Assembly: GCA_942493385.1 (NCBI GenBank)
Contig: OW818699.1
Location: forward strand, 726,808-790,807
Direction: 5' to 3'
Length of the DNA stretch: 64,000 nucleotides
DNA from: an uncultured Bacteroidales bacterium
GTDB taxonomy: Bacteria > Bacteroidota > Bacteroidia > Bacteroidales > UBA1402
Shown: one piece after another, positions 26,543 to 35,899 of the stretch
How the letters are laid out: every line of letters starts with the position of its first letter
How positions within the stretch are numbered: the stretch's first letter is position 1
Notes under the pieces: model-generated
What the model saw: only the letters and a program-made list of their open reading frames with translations
Told to the model about the DNA's origin: nothing
Database searches by the model: none
Program-made: the position numbers and the translations under genes

Positions 26543-26550
26543 TATATTTG
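26543..26550 (+). promoter_or_regulatory. Candidate -7 promoter box TATATTTG for the HExxH protein gene
   Basis: Exact TAnnTTTG match 20 nt upstream of the ATG at 26570. Confidence 0.4.
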
Positions 26551-26569
26551 GAAAATAAATATAAATGCC

Positions 26570-27940
26570 ATGTTAAAACTTTCTGTAAAAAGTGCAATGC
26601 TCGTCGTTGCTGTCGTTGTAACATCACAACATGCTTTTTCCCAAGTAGGAACTCCCGCTGTCACGAACACAAAATCCCCAGTAAAAGAATTGTACATTAC
26701 AGAGGAAGTTCGGAATCAACCCGGTGGTTTGGAAACTGATACTGGCGTATACAGCCTCAAAAGGATGAAGCAAACGGAGAATCTGGCCATCTTTTGGGCA
26801 AAGAAATATGGACCGAACCCGATGGCCAATACAGATACCCTGCTGCAATTTGATGTGGATTACATTTTGAGAGAGGGAGAACGGGTTTATAATTACTACA
26901 TCAATGACTTGAAATTTCTCATCAAGGGGAATTCCATCAGTGATAAATACAAGATCCTCATATTTATCACTGACTCTAAGAATGCAACAGCCTATGGTGG
27001 TGGAAACGATGGCAAAGTAGGTTGTTTTTGGGCTCCCGCGGTTCGGATGAGAAAAGCGCCTTTTGGAGCGTTGGCGCACGAAATGACGCATTCATTCCAA
27101 TACATACTTGGTATCGATAAGGCAAACCAAAATCGCCGAGGCGGTGGTGGAGGCGGTGGTATGGCAGAAATGACTGCTCAATATCACCTCTGGCAGGTTT
27201 ATCCCGAATGGTTGACGTTTGAGAATTACCATTTGGTGGATTATATGAAACAAACGCACTTGGCTTTCATGCATGTGAAAAATATGTACCATGCACCTCA
27301 TGTCTTGGAATACTGGGGTAACAAGCACGGGGTTGATATTGTCAGCAAGGTATGGCAAGAAGGCCAATCCGGTGAAGATGCAGTTGTTACCTACAAACGC
27401 ATTACCAACATCGATCAGCCTACCTTCAATGATGAGATTTTTGATGCTGCACGCAGGTTCATCACTTGGGATATGAAACGCATTGAGGAGGTTGCAAGAC
27501 CGTACCAGAATCAACATTTTACAAAACTCGATTCCGTTGGAGACGGTTGGTATCGAATTTCTGAAGGCAAATGTCCTCAAAACTACGGATACAACGGTAT
27601 AAAGTTGATGGTTCCCTCCAAGGCGAAAGTCATCAAACTTAAGTTTCAAGGACTTGCCGGGACAGCAGGTTTCAATGCCGTCAAGGTTGAAAAAGCCGGT
27701 TGGCGTTATGGTTTCTTGGCTGTGAAAGAGGATGGTAGCCGTGTGTATGGAAATGTTTGTTCCGATTCCATCGGTGATGTGAAATTCAGTGTTCCAAAAA
27801 GTACCAAGCATTTGTGGTTGGTGGTGAGTGGTGCTCCTAAAGAGCATTGGGTAAAAGGCAGGGGCGAAAACAAGGAGGAGCAATGGCCGTATCAGATTAA
27901 ACTCACTGGAACAGCGTTGGATCCTACCGGACAGAAATAA
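26570..27940 (+). CDS. Secreted putative zinc metallopeptidase-like protein (HExxH) with C-terminal beta-sandwich-like domain
   Basis: The ORF-track start at 26540 is GTG; the ATG at 26570 gives a signal peptide (MLKLSVKSAMLVVAVVVTSQHAFSQ). HEMTH lies at nt 27077-27091 (GALAHEMTHSFQY). A run of seven Gly lies at nt 27140-27160. Confidence 0.5.
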   Translation: MLKLSVKSAMLVVAVVVTSQHAFSQVGTPAVTNTKSPVKELYITEEVRNQPGGLETDTGVYSLKRMKQTENLAIFWAKKYGPNPMANTDTLLQFDVDYILREGERVYNYYINDLKFLIKGNSISDKYKILIFITDSKNATAYGGGNDGKVGCFWAPAVRMRKAPFGALAHEMTHSFQYILGIDKANQNRRGGGGGGGMAEMTAQYHLWQVYPEWLTFENYHLVDYMKQTHLAFMHVKNMYHAPHVLEYWGNKHGVDIVSKVWQEGQSGEDAVVTYKRITNIDQPTFNDEIFDAARRFITWDMKRIEEVARPYQNQHFTKLDSVGDGWYRISEGKCPQNYGYNGIKLMVPSKAKVIKLKFQGLAGTAGFNAVKVEKAGWRYGFLAVKEDGSRVYGNVCSDSIGDVKFSVPKSTKHLWLVVSGAPKEHWVKGRGENKEEQWPYQIKLTGTALDPTGQK

Positions 27941-27970
27941 AGGCAATTTTTAGTTGGATTCTTATATTGA

Positions 27971-28001
27971 ACACCTGTACGATTTCGTGCAGGTGTTTTT
28001 T
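27971..28001 (+). terminator. Rho-independent terminator
   Basis: ACACCTGTAC-GATTTC-GTGCAGGTGT (10 bp, one T.G) followed by TTTTTT. Confidence 0.75.
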
Positions 28002-28095
28002 CGTATGCCTTCAAGGCGTAAAAAGGGATCCAAACTATAAACTAGGGTATGAAAATTACCCTATATGTGGGATTTTTGTCCATTATTTGAGTTGC

Positions 28096-28103
28096 TATTT
28101 TTG
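28096..28103 (+). promoter_or_regulatory. Candidate -7 promoter box TATTTTTG
   Basis: Exact TAnnTTTG match 21 nt upstream of the ATG at 28124. Confidence 0.4.
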
Positions 28104-28123
28104 TATGTAATTTAAAACATACG

Positions 28124-28657
28124 ATGATGGCAACTCAAATACTCATAGCACCAGGATTCGGAAACTCTGGCGAGGAGCACTGGCAGACTTATTGGCAAGT
28201 GGAGAACAAGGATTTCGTACGTATTGAACAGAAAGACTGGTTTCGGCCGGTGGCAGATGATTGGGCGGCCGCCATTGAGCAGTATGTGTTGAATGCTTCG
28301 GGGGAAGTTGTTGTCGTTGCACACAGTTTGGCTTGCTTGGCTTTGGTACATTGGGCACAGAAATCAAGTTTGCAAATAAAAGCTGCTTTATTGGTGGCAC
28401 CTCCGGATGCCAATGATGAAAAATTGAAAGGGGTGGTTAAAGGCTTTTCGCCGTTGCCTTTGATGAAGCTACCCTTTAAAAGCATCGTTCTAGCGAGTTC
28501 CAACGATGAGTACAATCCAATTGACCGTGCTGAGCAATTTGCCAAATGTTGGGGTAGTGAATTCGTGAATATTGGCGAAAAAGGGCACATCAATGCTCAA
28601 TCTAATCTACAAAATTGGCCTGAGGGGTATTCGTATCTTAAGAAACTAATTTTTTGA
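28124..28657 (+). CDS. RBBP9/YdeN-family alpha/beta serine hydrolase
   Basis: 177 aa. Motifs: ILIAPGFGNSGEEHWQTYW at the N-terminus, nucleophile motif VVVAHSLAC, and the C-terminal GEKGHIN. Confidence 0.7.
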   Translation: MMATQILIAPGFGNSGEEHWQTYWQVENKDFVRIEQKDWFRPVADDWAAAIEQYVLNASGEVVVVAHSLACLALVHWAQKSSLQIKAALLVAPPDANDEKLKGVVKGFSPLPLMKLPFKSIVLASSNDEYNPIDRAEQFAKCWGSEFVNIGEKGHINAQSNLQNWPEGYSYLKKLIF

Positions 28658-28667
28658 CATTTTTACC

Positions 28668-28675
28668 TAACTTTG
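28668..28675 (+). promoter_or_regulatory. Candidate -7 promoter box TAACTTTG
   Basis: Exact TAnnTTTG match 20 nt upstream of the ATG at 28695. Confidence 0.4.
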
Positions 28676-28694
28676 CGCATCAAAAAAGCTCCTG

Positions 28695-29720
28695 ATGCCT
28701 ATTCCTTTTTTCCCCCCTGAATGGTACCCGCAGTCGGCGGTGCAACTAACTTGGCCACATGCCGGAACCGATTGGGCCGACATGCTGGATGAAGTTATTC
28801 CTTGTTTTGTAAACATTGCCAGGGAGGTGTTGAAGCGGGAAAAGCTCATCATCGTTTGCTCGAATGCAGCAGAAGTTCGTGCTTCCTTGGGGGCCGTCAA
28901 CGAGGCCAATTTGTTTTTGTATGAATTTCCCTCCAACGACACTTGGGCCAGAGATCACGGTGCAATTTCTGTTTTTGTTGACGGAAAACCCGTTGTGCTT
29001 GATTTTACATTCAATGCCTGGGGAATGAAATTCCCGGCGAATTATGACAATCAACTGAACTTTTCATTGTATGGCGCACAGGCTTTCGATACCGAAGTGG
29101 CTTACGAGAATTGCATGCCTTTCGTGCTAGAGGGTGGCAGCCTGGAGTCTGATGGGGAAGGAACATTGCTAACTACGACCGAATGCCTTTCGTCTGTGAA
29201 TCGGAACGACTCGCTTTCGAAAGAAGAAATAGAATCGTATTTGATAGAACGCTTTGGTCTGAAGCGGGTGCTTTGGCTCGAGAGTGGATTCCTGGAAGGC
29301 GATGACACGGACAGCCACATCGATACCTTGGCTCGTTTCTGCGACCCTGAAACCATTGCCTATGTACAACCCGGCGAGGATCCAGAGGATTTGCATTTTG
29401 AGGAACTCACTCAAATGGAGGCGGAACTCAAAGCTTTTCGTACATTGGACAACAAGCCTTACAAACTTATTGGCCTGCCCATGGCCGAACCTGTCTTTTT
29501 TGAGGGTGACCGTTTGCCTGCCACCTATGCCAATTTCCTAATAATCAACGATGCGGTTTTGTTGCCCATTTATGGAAGCCCCAAAGACGAACTCGCCCTC
29601 AAGCAGCTGCAATTGGCATTTCCTGATCGGGAAATAGTCGGAATTTTCTGCCTACCACTTCTCAAACAACACGGTTCCCTGCATTGCGTCACGATGCAGT
29701 TTCCGGAATCGTTCTTGTAA
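28695..29720 (+). CDS. aguA: Agmatine deiminase (Porphyromonas-type peptidyl-arginine deiminase family)
   Basis: 341 aa. Motifs: PPEWYPQSAVQLTWPH, TWARDHGAI, DTDSHIDTLARF, and the C-terminal GSLHCVTMQ with the catalytic Cys. Confidence 0.85.
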   Translation: MPIPFFPPEWYPQSAVQLTWPHAGTDWADMLDEVIPCFVNIAREVLKREKLIIVCSNAAEVRASLGAVNEANLFLYEFPSNDTWARDHGAISVFVDGKPVVLDFTFNAWGMKFPANYDNQLNFSLYGAQAFDTEVAYENCMPFVLEGGSLESDGEGTLLTTTECLSSVNRNDSLSKEEIESYLIERFGLKRVLWLESGFLEGDDTDSHIDTLARFCDPETIAYVQPGEDPEDLHFEELTQMEAELKAFRTLDNKPYKLIGLPMAEPVFFEGDRLPATYANFLIINDAVLLPIYGSPKDELALKQLQLAFPDREIVGIFCLPLLKQHGSLHCVTMQFPESFL

Positions 29721-29753
29721 AACAAAAAACCCAGAGACTGGCCCTGGGTTTCT
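29721..29753. terminator. Bidirectional rho-independent terminator between aguA and the TolC-family gene
   Basis: Stem AAACCCAG / CTGGGTTT with a 9-nt loop. The minus-strand transcript continues TTTTGTTTT; the plus-strand tail TCTGTTCT is weaker. Confidence 0.7.
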
Positions 29754-29768
29754 GTTCTAAATGCTTTA

Positions 29769-31100
29769 TTAGAGTTTCAATGGTTCTCCCTTGTAGAAAT
29801 CAAGTATCTTGATGCAGAAGAGGAGGTTGTATTTGGCTTGAAGCTGATTGGAGCGTGCAGAGACCAAATTCATTTTTGCTTGATTGAACTCATAAATAGT
29901 GGCGCGTTCGTTGTTGTATTTCTCTTGAGCGAAACGGAAAGCTTCCTCTGAATTCACGACGGCTTCCGCTGAAGATTTGTATTTTTCCGTTGCTTTGATT
30001 GCATTGAACCAGGCTTGCTGTATTTCCTTGTAGAGCGTATTACGGGTGCTCTCCAGTACAACTTTGGCGCGCTCTACTTCGATTTTAGACAAGCGTATGT
30101 TGTTCTTTGTATCGAATCGGTTGAAAATGGGAATGCTCATGTTAATGCCTATGGAGCTACCTCCGTTGACATTCAGTTGATCACCTAAGTTGGCCTGTGA
30201 CCCATCCAGATTGCGTTGCTTGGAATAATAACGGTTCGAGTAGCTGGCACCAATTCCAAGGCTAGGATACATAGCCCCTTTTGTAATCTCCAGTGATTTC
30301 TCACTGCTTTTTAGCCAGTATTCATTGGCCTTGACATTGGACTTATTGATAACGGCATAGTTGAAAACTTCTTCTGCAGGTTGAATGATCATGGACGATG
30401 AATTCACATCGATTTCGGGCACCTGAATATCGAAATTAGACCATTCCTTCAATTGCAGCATTTGGGCGAGCTCCAATAAGGAAAGTTGAAGCGTGCTTTT
30501 TGTTTCGACTGCATTTAACTTGTCCTTGGCCAATTGTGCACGTGCTTCGAACACTTGTCCTTCGGGTATTTTACCGTACGAGGCCATGATCTCGGACTTG
30601 CTCAACTGGTTCTGACTTAGGACGACCTGTTCTTCGGCGATGGCGTTCAACTCTTTGTTGTAGAGCACTTGAAGATAGGCCGAAGCGATGCTGACAGCAA
30701 GACTTTCCTTAGCTTTTTTGAGCTCTTCCTTGGAAGCCAGATTCGAATATTCTTGAGCTTTTATGGCATTCTTAACTCTGAATCCACTGAACAATAACAT
30801 GTTGGTTGAGATGCCCATGTTGGAACTTTGGGAATTCTGCTGAACATACAAATTCCTATCGTTCAATCCAGTGCCAAAATTTAGAGAAGACCCAAGTGAA
30901 CCTGTTAAATTTGGCAAAATCTGGTTTTTCGCTTGTTCCAGTTTGATTTGCTGGGCGTCGTTTGTCAACTCGCCGGATTTGATGGTCAGGTTGTTTTTGA
31001 TGGCATAGTTGATGCACTCCTCCAACGACCATTTCTGTTGAGCGGTAACCGTTCCAAAGGTTAGGAGCCCGGTCACTATGGTAATGATGATCTTATTCAT
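29769..31100 (-). CDS. TolC-family outer-membrane efflux protein
   Basis: 443 aa with a signal peptide and two-repeat coiled-coil/barrel sequence character. It is the last gene of the pump operon. Confidence 0.85.
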   Translation of the reverse strand: MNKIIITIVTGLLTFGTVTAQQKWSLEECINYAIKNNLTIKSGELTNDAQQIKLEQAKNQILPNLTGSLGSSLNFGTGLNDRNLYVQQNSQSSNMGISTNMLLFSGFRVKNAIKAQEYSNLASKEELKKAKESLAVSIASAYLQVLYNKELNAIAEEQVVLSQNQLSKSEIMASYGKIPEGQVFEARAQLAKDKLNAVETKSTLQLSLLELAQMLQLKEWSNFDIQVPEIDVNSSSMIIQPAEEVFNYAVINKSNVKANEYWLKSSEKSLEITKGAMYPSLGIGASYSNRYYSKQRNLDGSQANLGDQLNVNGGSSIGINMSIPIFNRFDTKNNIRLSKIEVERAKVVLESTRNTLYKEIQQAWFNAIKATEKYKSSAEAVVNSEEAFRFAQEKYNNERATIYEFNQAKMNLVSARSNQLQAKYNLLFCIKILDFYKGEPLKL

Positions 31101-31105
31101 ATAGG

Positions 31106-32227
31106 TTATTTTTTATCTTTTTTTGCTTTGGGGTCGATGGCGGAGCCTTTCAGCTTTTCTTTGCCATTCAAGCCACTAACGACTTCAATGTTGATTCCGT
31201 CGGAAAGGCCAGTCTTAATCCTTTTCTTCACGAACGTCTGTGGATCTTTTATTTTGGTATCCAGGACGTACACGTATGCCGTATCCTTGTTGAACTCAAT
31301 GACGCTTTCAGGAATGGTCAGCACGTCTTTGGCACTGTTCAAAACGATTTCGGCATTGGCACTGTAACCGGCACGGACAAATACGTCGCTAGGTATTTTT
31401 GCAGCTGCTTTGATCTCAAACATGATGGCACCGCTTTCTTCCGTGCCTTTGGGAGAAATGTATTCGAGTTTCGCATCGAATTTCCGGTCGTTCAAAGCAC
31501 CGACGCTTAATACCAGTGGCATTCCTTCTGTTATTCGGCCTACTTCGGTTTCGTCCACCTTGCCAACGAAAAGCATGTCTTTCATGTTAGCAACGGTAGC
31601 AATGGAGGTGCCGTCGTTGAAGCTGTTGGACTGGATGACCGAATTTCCGACCTTGACAGGTATGTCCAAGATCATTCCGTCGATGGTAGAACGAATCAAA
31701 GTATTGCTAGTTTCACCACTCTTTTTGGATACCCCGCTTTTAGTGATCTCGAGGTTGTTTTCGGCAGCATCATATTCTTCTTTGGAGGAACTAAGGCTCA
31801 CGGTTGCTTTTTCGAACTCTTCTCTGGAAATTACCTTCTTGGCATAAAGTTCTTTTTGACGAGTGAAATCTTTTTCGGCCTGCTCCAAATTGATTTTGGA
31901 TACCTTGACCCTCGATTCGGCAGCGTTTAAGCTACCCATTTCGGGAATAACCTTGATTTTGGCTATGATTTCACCCTTGCTCACCTTTTCGCCGGCTTCT
32001 TTGAGAAGTTCGGAAATGATGCCAGAAATCTGGGGTTTAATCATGATTTCATTGCGTGCTTCCACTTTGCCGGTGGCTACCGCTTTTTTCTCGATGCTAC
32101 CCTTGGTAACTGCTACCAACTCGTATTTGGTGACGATGGGTTTCGATTTGTTGTACAGAAAAACGAATGTGCCTCCTACCAGTGCTACCAGACCGACTAA
32201 AAGCAAGATTTTAAAAAACTTTTTCAT
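31106..32227 (-). CDS. Periplasmic adaptor (HlyD/MacA-type membrane fusion protein)
   Basis: 373 aa with an N-terminal TM anchor, a lipoyl-like segment (GKVEARNEIMIKPQISGII), a coiled-coil hairpin and a beta-barrel region. Confidence 0.85.
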   Translation of the reverse strand: MKKFFKILLLVGLVALVGGTFVFLYNKSKPIVTKYELVAVTKGSIEKKAVATGKVEARNEIMIKPQISGIISELLKEAGEKVSKGEIIAKIKVIPEMGSLNAAESRVKVSKINLEQAEKDFTRQKELYAKKVISREEFEKATVSLSSSKEEYDAAENNLEITKSGVSKKSGETSNTLIRSTIDGMILDIPVKVGNSVIQSNSFNDGTSIATVANMKDMLFVGKVDETEVGRITEGMPLVLSVGALNDRKFDAKLEYISPKGTEESGAIMFEIKAAAKIPSDVFVRAGYSANAEIVLNSAKDVLTIPESVIEFNKDTAYVYVLDTKIKDPQTFVKKRIKTGLSDGINIEVVSGLNGKEKLKGSAIDPKAKKDKK

Positions 32228-32251
32228 GTGTGCTTTATTTTTTTGGATTGT

Positions 32252-33514
32252 TTATTCTTCGCTCAATGCTTCGATGGCTTTGATCTTCATGGCGCGCTGT
32301 GCTGGCAACATGCCGGCTAGCAAGCCCATCAGGATCAGGATGAACGAGGCGCTCAACGCCACGTCGAATTGTATGATGATGTTTTTGATGAATATGTTGC
32401 TGTCTTCGGGCATGCTGTTGATGATGTTGTCGAAGAGCGACAAGATGCCAACGCCCATGCTAAGCCCCATGAAACCGGCAATGGCGGTCAATACCAGACT
32501 TTCGTTCATGATTTGGCTGATGATGTCAAAGGGCTTGGCTCCCAATGCTCGTCGGATTCCGATTTCTTTGGTGCGTTCTCGTACAGACACCAGCATGATG
32601 TTGCTCACACCGATGGCGCCTGCCAGTAGGGTGCCGATGCCGACGATCCAGATAAGCAGTTTGATGCCTAGAAACAAGTAACTGAACATTTTGAATTGCT
32701 CCCCGATGTTAAAGCTACCGACAGCTCGTTCGTCTTCGGGTGCAATATCGTTCTGCGTCTTCAGGATGTTTTTGATTTCGGCTTCCAGTAACTTGGCATC
32801 GTGACCGTCTTTGGCGGTGGCTGCCATGAAATGGATGATGTCACCTTGGTTGTATGCACGTTGCATGGTCGAGAAAGGCAATACGACCATGTCGTCGCTG
32901 CGTCCACCAATCTGGACATGACTCATGCCAGCTCCGACACCGATGACCGTATAGTAGATGCCGTTGCTCCGGATTTCCTGTCCAAGAGGGTTGTCGCCTT
33001 TTTGGAACAGTTTTTCGTAGACGTTTTTGCCGATGAAGCAGACTTTGCGTACTTCGGTGATATCCACGTCGTTGATGTACCTACCATAGATAATATCCTG
33101 CTCTTCAATTCTGGAATAATCCGGATAACAGCCGCGAACTCTGAAGGTGCCGGCTTTGTCACCCCGTACCGTATTGTTGTCGCCGCCACCACGACCAAAA
33201 AGCATGGGGGCAAGGAATTTGATGTTTTTACTATTGCCGAGAATGACTTTGATGTCGTTATTGTGCATGTTCCATACGCGACCTTTTTTGAAGCCGTGGT
33301 AGGCTACGGTAGTTGGTTCCGTATAGAAGAAGCAGGAGTTGGTGGCGAAACCTTTGATTCCGTCCATCATGCCGTTTTCAAGGCCGTTGCCGGCACCAAG
33401 CAGGATGGTAAGCATCAGAATGCCCCAAAAAACACCGAATGCGGTGAAGATGCTGCGCACCTTGTTGCGGGTGATGGTTTGCCAGATTTCCTGCCATTTA
33501 TCGAGATCGAACAT
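32252..33514 (-). CDS. MacB/FtsX-type ABC transporter permease
   Basis: 420 aa. TM1 is followed by a large periplasmic domain and three C-terminal TMs, with the FtsX motif (RERTKEIGIRRALGA). Confidence 0.85.
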   Translation of the reverse strand: MFDLDKWQEIWQTITRNKVRSIFTAFGVFWGILMLTILLGAGNGLENGMMDGIKGFATNSCFFYTEPTTVAYHGFKKGRVWNMHNNDIKVILGNSKNIKFLAPMLFGRGGGDNNTVRGDKAGTFRVRGCYPDYSRIEEQDIIYGRYINDVDITEVRKVCFIGKNVYEKLFQKGDNPLGQEIRSNGIYYTVIGVGAGMSHVQIGGRSDDMVVLPFSTMQRAYNQGDIIHFMAATAKDGHDAKLLEAEIKNILKTQNDIAPEDERAVGSFNIGEQFKMFSYLFLGIKLLIWIVGIGTLLAGAIGVSNIMLVSVRERTKEIGIRRALGAKPFDIISQIMNESLVLTAIAGFMGLSMGVGILSLFDNIINSMPEDSNIFIKNIIIQFDVALSASFILILMGLLAGMLPAQRAMKIKAIEALSEE

Positions 33515-33530
33515 ACTAGCTTGGTTTTAA

Positions 33531-34802
33531 TTATTCGGCACGCATGGCCTCAATCGGTTTGATTCGTACAGCCTTTCTGGCCGGGATGTATCCGGCTATG
33601 AGACCGGCAATGATCAAAATCACGGTGGCTATCAGAACAATGTTAAGATCCACGGACGGATTCATGAAGATGGAGAAGGATTGTTCACCTTCTTCTGCCA
33701 CTTTCTGCCCACTATTTATAACCAAGTTGATTGCTTCGAGAATTCCAATGCCGAACATCATGCCCAAATACCCGAAAAGGGATGTGATGACGATGGATTC
33801 CAACAAGATGGATGAAAGGATGGTGCCTGGAGTAGCCCCCAGCGCTTTCCGAATACCAAACTCCCTGGTTCGCTCCTTAACGGTGATGACCATGATATTG
33901 CCTACACCTACGATGCCGGCTATCAGCGTGCAAATCCCGATAAACATGACAAACAAGTCGATGGTGGAAAAGATGGCCATGGTTTGCACATAATCGGAGG
34001 CTTGGTTCCACAAACCAATGCTGTTGAGATCTTCGGGATTGACAATCAGTTCTCTGCCCAAAGCTTCCCGGACTTTTTGGCCGAATGCATCGTTTTCATC
34101 CTTGCTGCTAAGCCCAAGAACGGAAATGTTGATGTTGGAAATGTCCGTGCCCAAATTGTATAATTTCTGTGCAGTTTTTAGGGGCATGTAACATTTGGCC
34201 TCATTGTCAAAGGAGGTTTTCATGTCAACTCCAATGACTTGGAAAGGCAAGCCATCCACTTCAACGTATTTGCCGACAGGGTTTTCCTTTTTAAAGAGGG
34301 TGGTGGCGACCTTTTTGGTAAGGACGATGACTTTGCGGTCCATTTCCAAGTCTCTTGCGTTCAGGAATCGCCCGTTTCCGTTCGTGAAGACCATGTTGGA
34401 GATGAGTTGAAAGTCGGGCTGAACACCGTAAACCTGAAAAATGTTGCTTTCAGTGCCATATTTGATGGTAGAGGAACGTTCTACCTGACCTGAAATCTTG
34501 TCGATTTCTTTAAAGTGATTTTTAAGGTAGGGGATGTGTTCGTTGTTCAGTTTGATTCTGCGATAGGCTTTCAACCCCTTATATGGCATGGTGGTGCGTC
34601 CGCCCCAAACCATCATGGTGTTGCTGGCTCTGTCGTTGAAATTAGCGGTTACGCCATTCTTAAGCCCATTACCCGAACCCAACAGGATAATTAACATAAA
34701 AATGCCCCACGCCACGGCAAACCCCGTCAGAAAGGTACGGAGTTTGTTTTCCCTCATCGTGGTGAGGATTTCAGTCAGGGTGTCAAATTCCAGTAATCTC
34801 AT
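33531..34802 (-). CDS. MacB/FtsX-type ABC transporter permease (second paralogue)
   Basis: 423 aa with the same architecture (KERTREFGIRKALGA). Its start overlaps the upstream ATPase gene by 20 nt. Confidence 0.85.
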   Translation of the reverse strand: MRLLEFDTLTEILTTMRENKLRTFLTGFAVAWGIFMLIILLGSGNGLKNGVTANFNDRASNTMMVWGGRTTMPYKGLKAYRRIKLNNEHIPYLKNHFKEIDKISGQVERSSTIKYGTESNIFQVYGVQPDFQLISNMVFTNGNGRFLNARDLEMDRKVIVLTKKVATTLFKKENPVGKYVEVDGLPFQVIGVDMKTSFDNEAKCYMPLKTAQKLYNLGTDISNINISVLGLSSKDENDAFGQKVREALGRELIVNPEDLNSIGLWNQASDYVQTMAIFSTIDLFVMFIGICTLIAGIVGVGNIMVITVKERTREFGIRKALGATPGTILSSILLESIVITSLFGYLGMMFGIGILEAINLVINSGQKVAEEGEQSFSIFMNPSVDLNIVLIATVILIIAGLIAGYIPARKAVRIKPIEAMRAE

Positions 34803-35475
34803 GGCCGTTAAGTGAATCGGATTCGATGATGCCGTCTTTTAAGTGGATGATCCGCTTGGTCTTGTCAGCGACGGATTTTTCGTGGGTAACAATGATCATG
34901 GTGATGCCCGAAGCGTTCACTTCGCTCAATATCTGCATCATTTCTTCGGTTGTTACGGAGTCCAGAGCACCGGTGGGTTCGTCCGCCAATATGACTTTAG
35001 GGTTCGAAATCAATGCTCTGGCAATTGCGATGCGTTGCTTTTGACCGCCGGAAAGTTCGTTGGGAAAATGATGCCACCAGTCTTTTAGGCCCATCATGTC
35101 CAAGTATTCCATCGCCTTTATTTGCCTTTTTCTGCGGGTAACCCCTTGATAATACAAAGGCAAAGCTACGTTTTCAAGCGCATTCTTGAAGTTGATGAGG
35201 TTGAACGACTGAAAGATGAATCCAATCATCTTATTCCGGTATTCGGCAGCTCGTTTCTCGGTCAGATTTTTGATCAGCGTACCGTCCAGGAAATAATTAC
35301 CGGTATCGTAATCGTCCAAAATTCCCAAGATGTTGAGCATGGTTGACTTTCCGGAGCCTGAAGCCCCCATGATGGAAACAAATTCACCCTCGGAAATGTT
35401 CAGGTCTATGCCCTTCAGGACATGCAGTGGCTGTATTCCCGGATAGGTCTTGTTGATGTTCTCAAATCTGATCAT
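34783..35475 (-). CDS. ABC transporter ATP-binding protein (MacB/LolD-type)
   Basis: 230 aa. Motifs: Walker A GASGSGKST, signature LSGGQKQRIAIARAL, Walker B ILADEPTGALD. Confidence 0.9.
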   Translation of the reverse strand: MIRFENINKTYPGIQPLHVLKGIDLNISEGEFVSIMGASGSGKSTMLNILGILDDYDTGNYFLDGTLIKNLTEKRAAEYRNKMIGFIFQSFNLINFKNALENVALPLYYQGVTRRKRQIKAMEYLDMMGLKDWWHHFPNELSGGQKQRIAIARALISNPKVILADEPTGALDSVTTEEMMQILSEVNASGITMIIVTHEKSVADKTKRIIHLKDGIIESDSLNGHEITGI

Positions 35476-35483
35476 GATCTCCT

Positions 35484-35897
35484 TTACTGACGGTTTGTAA
35501 CGGTTGTGGTTTGCGATTTTATAGGCTGAAGGGTTTCATCGTTCATGTAAACTTTGTAACGATCGAGGATTTCTTCAGGAGTAATTTGCAGCAAAGATAT
35601 TGTTTTGTAGAAACTCGGCAGTGTGTTTACAAAGAAATCTTCGCGACGAAAATCTAAAATTTTCTTAACAGCATCTTCTTCTACAAAATACCCGATGCCT
35701 CGCTTATTGAAGATGATTCCGCGTTGTTGAAGGAAGTCATACGTGCGAAGGGCTGTATTCGGATTGACCTGAAGGTTTACGCCCATCTCACGGACCGATG
35801 GTATCTTTTCACTGGGTGGCCATTGACCAACCAGAATCTGCTCGCTAAGCAGTTCTGCTATTTGCAGATAAATGGGTTTGTCTTCGTGGAATTCCAT
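35484..35897 (-). CDS. GntR-family transcriptional regulator, YtrA subfamily (short C-terminal domain)
   Basis: 137 aa with a winged HTH: KPIYLQIAELLSEQILVGQWPPSEKIPSVREMGVNLQVNPNTALRTYDFLQQRGII. Confidence 0.8.
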   Translation of the reverse strand: MEFHEDKPIYLQIAELLSEQILVGQWPPSEKIPSVREMGVNLQVNPNTALRTYDFLQQRGIIFNKRGIGYFVEEDAVKKILDFRREDFFVNTLPSFYKTISLLQITPEEILDRYKVYMNDETLQPIKSQTTTVTNRQ

Positions 35898-35899
35898 GG

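Noticed and set aside
27092-27946. 284-aa minus-strand ORF antisense to the HExxH protein gene
   Set aside because: This is a shadow ORF. The plus-strand frame has a signal peptide, HExxH, a promoter and a terminator. The antisense product has no recognisable features.
31863-33562. Two long plus-strand ORFs (272 and 253 aa) antisense to the adaptor and permease genes
   Set aside because: The Met/Ser/Leu-rich and Val/Asp/Gly-rich translations mirror the codon bias of the real minus-strand genes. No independent support.
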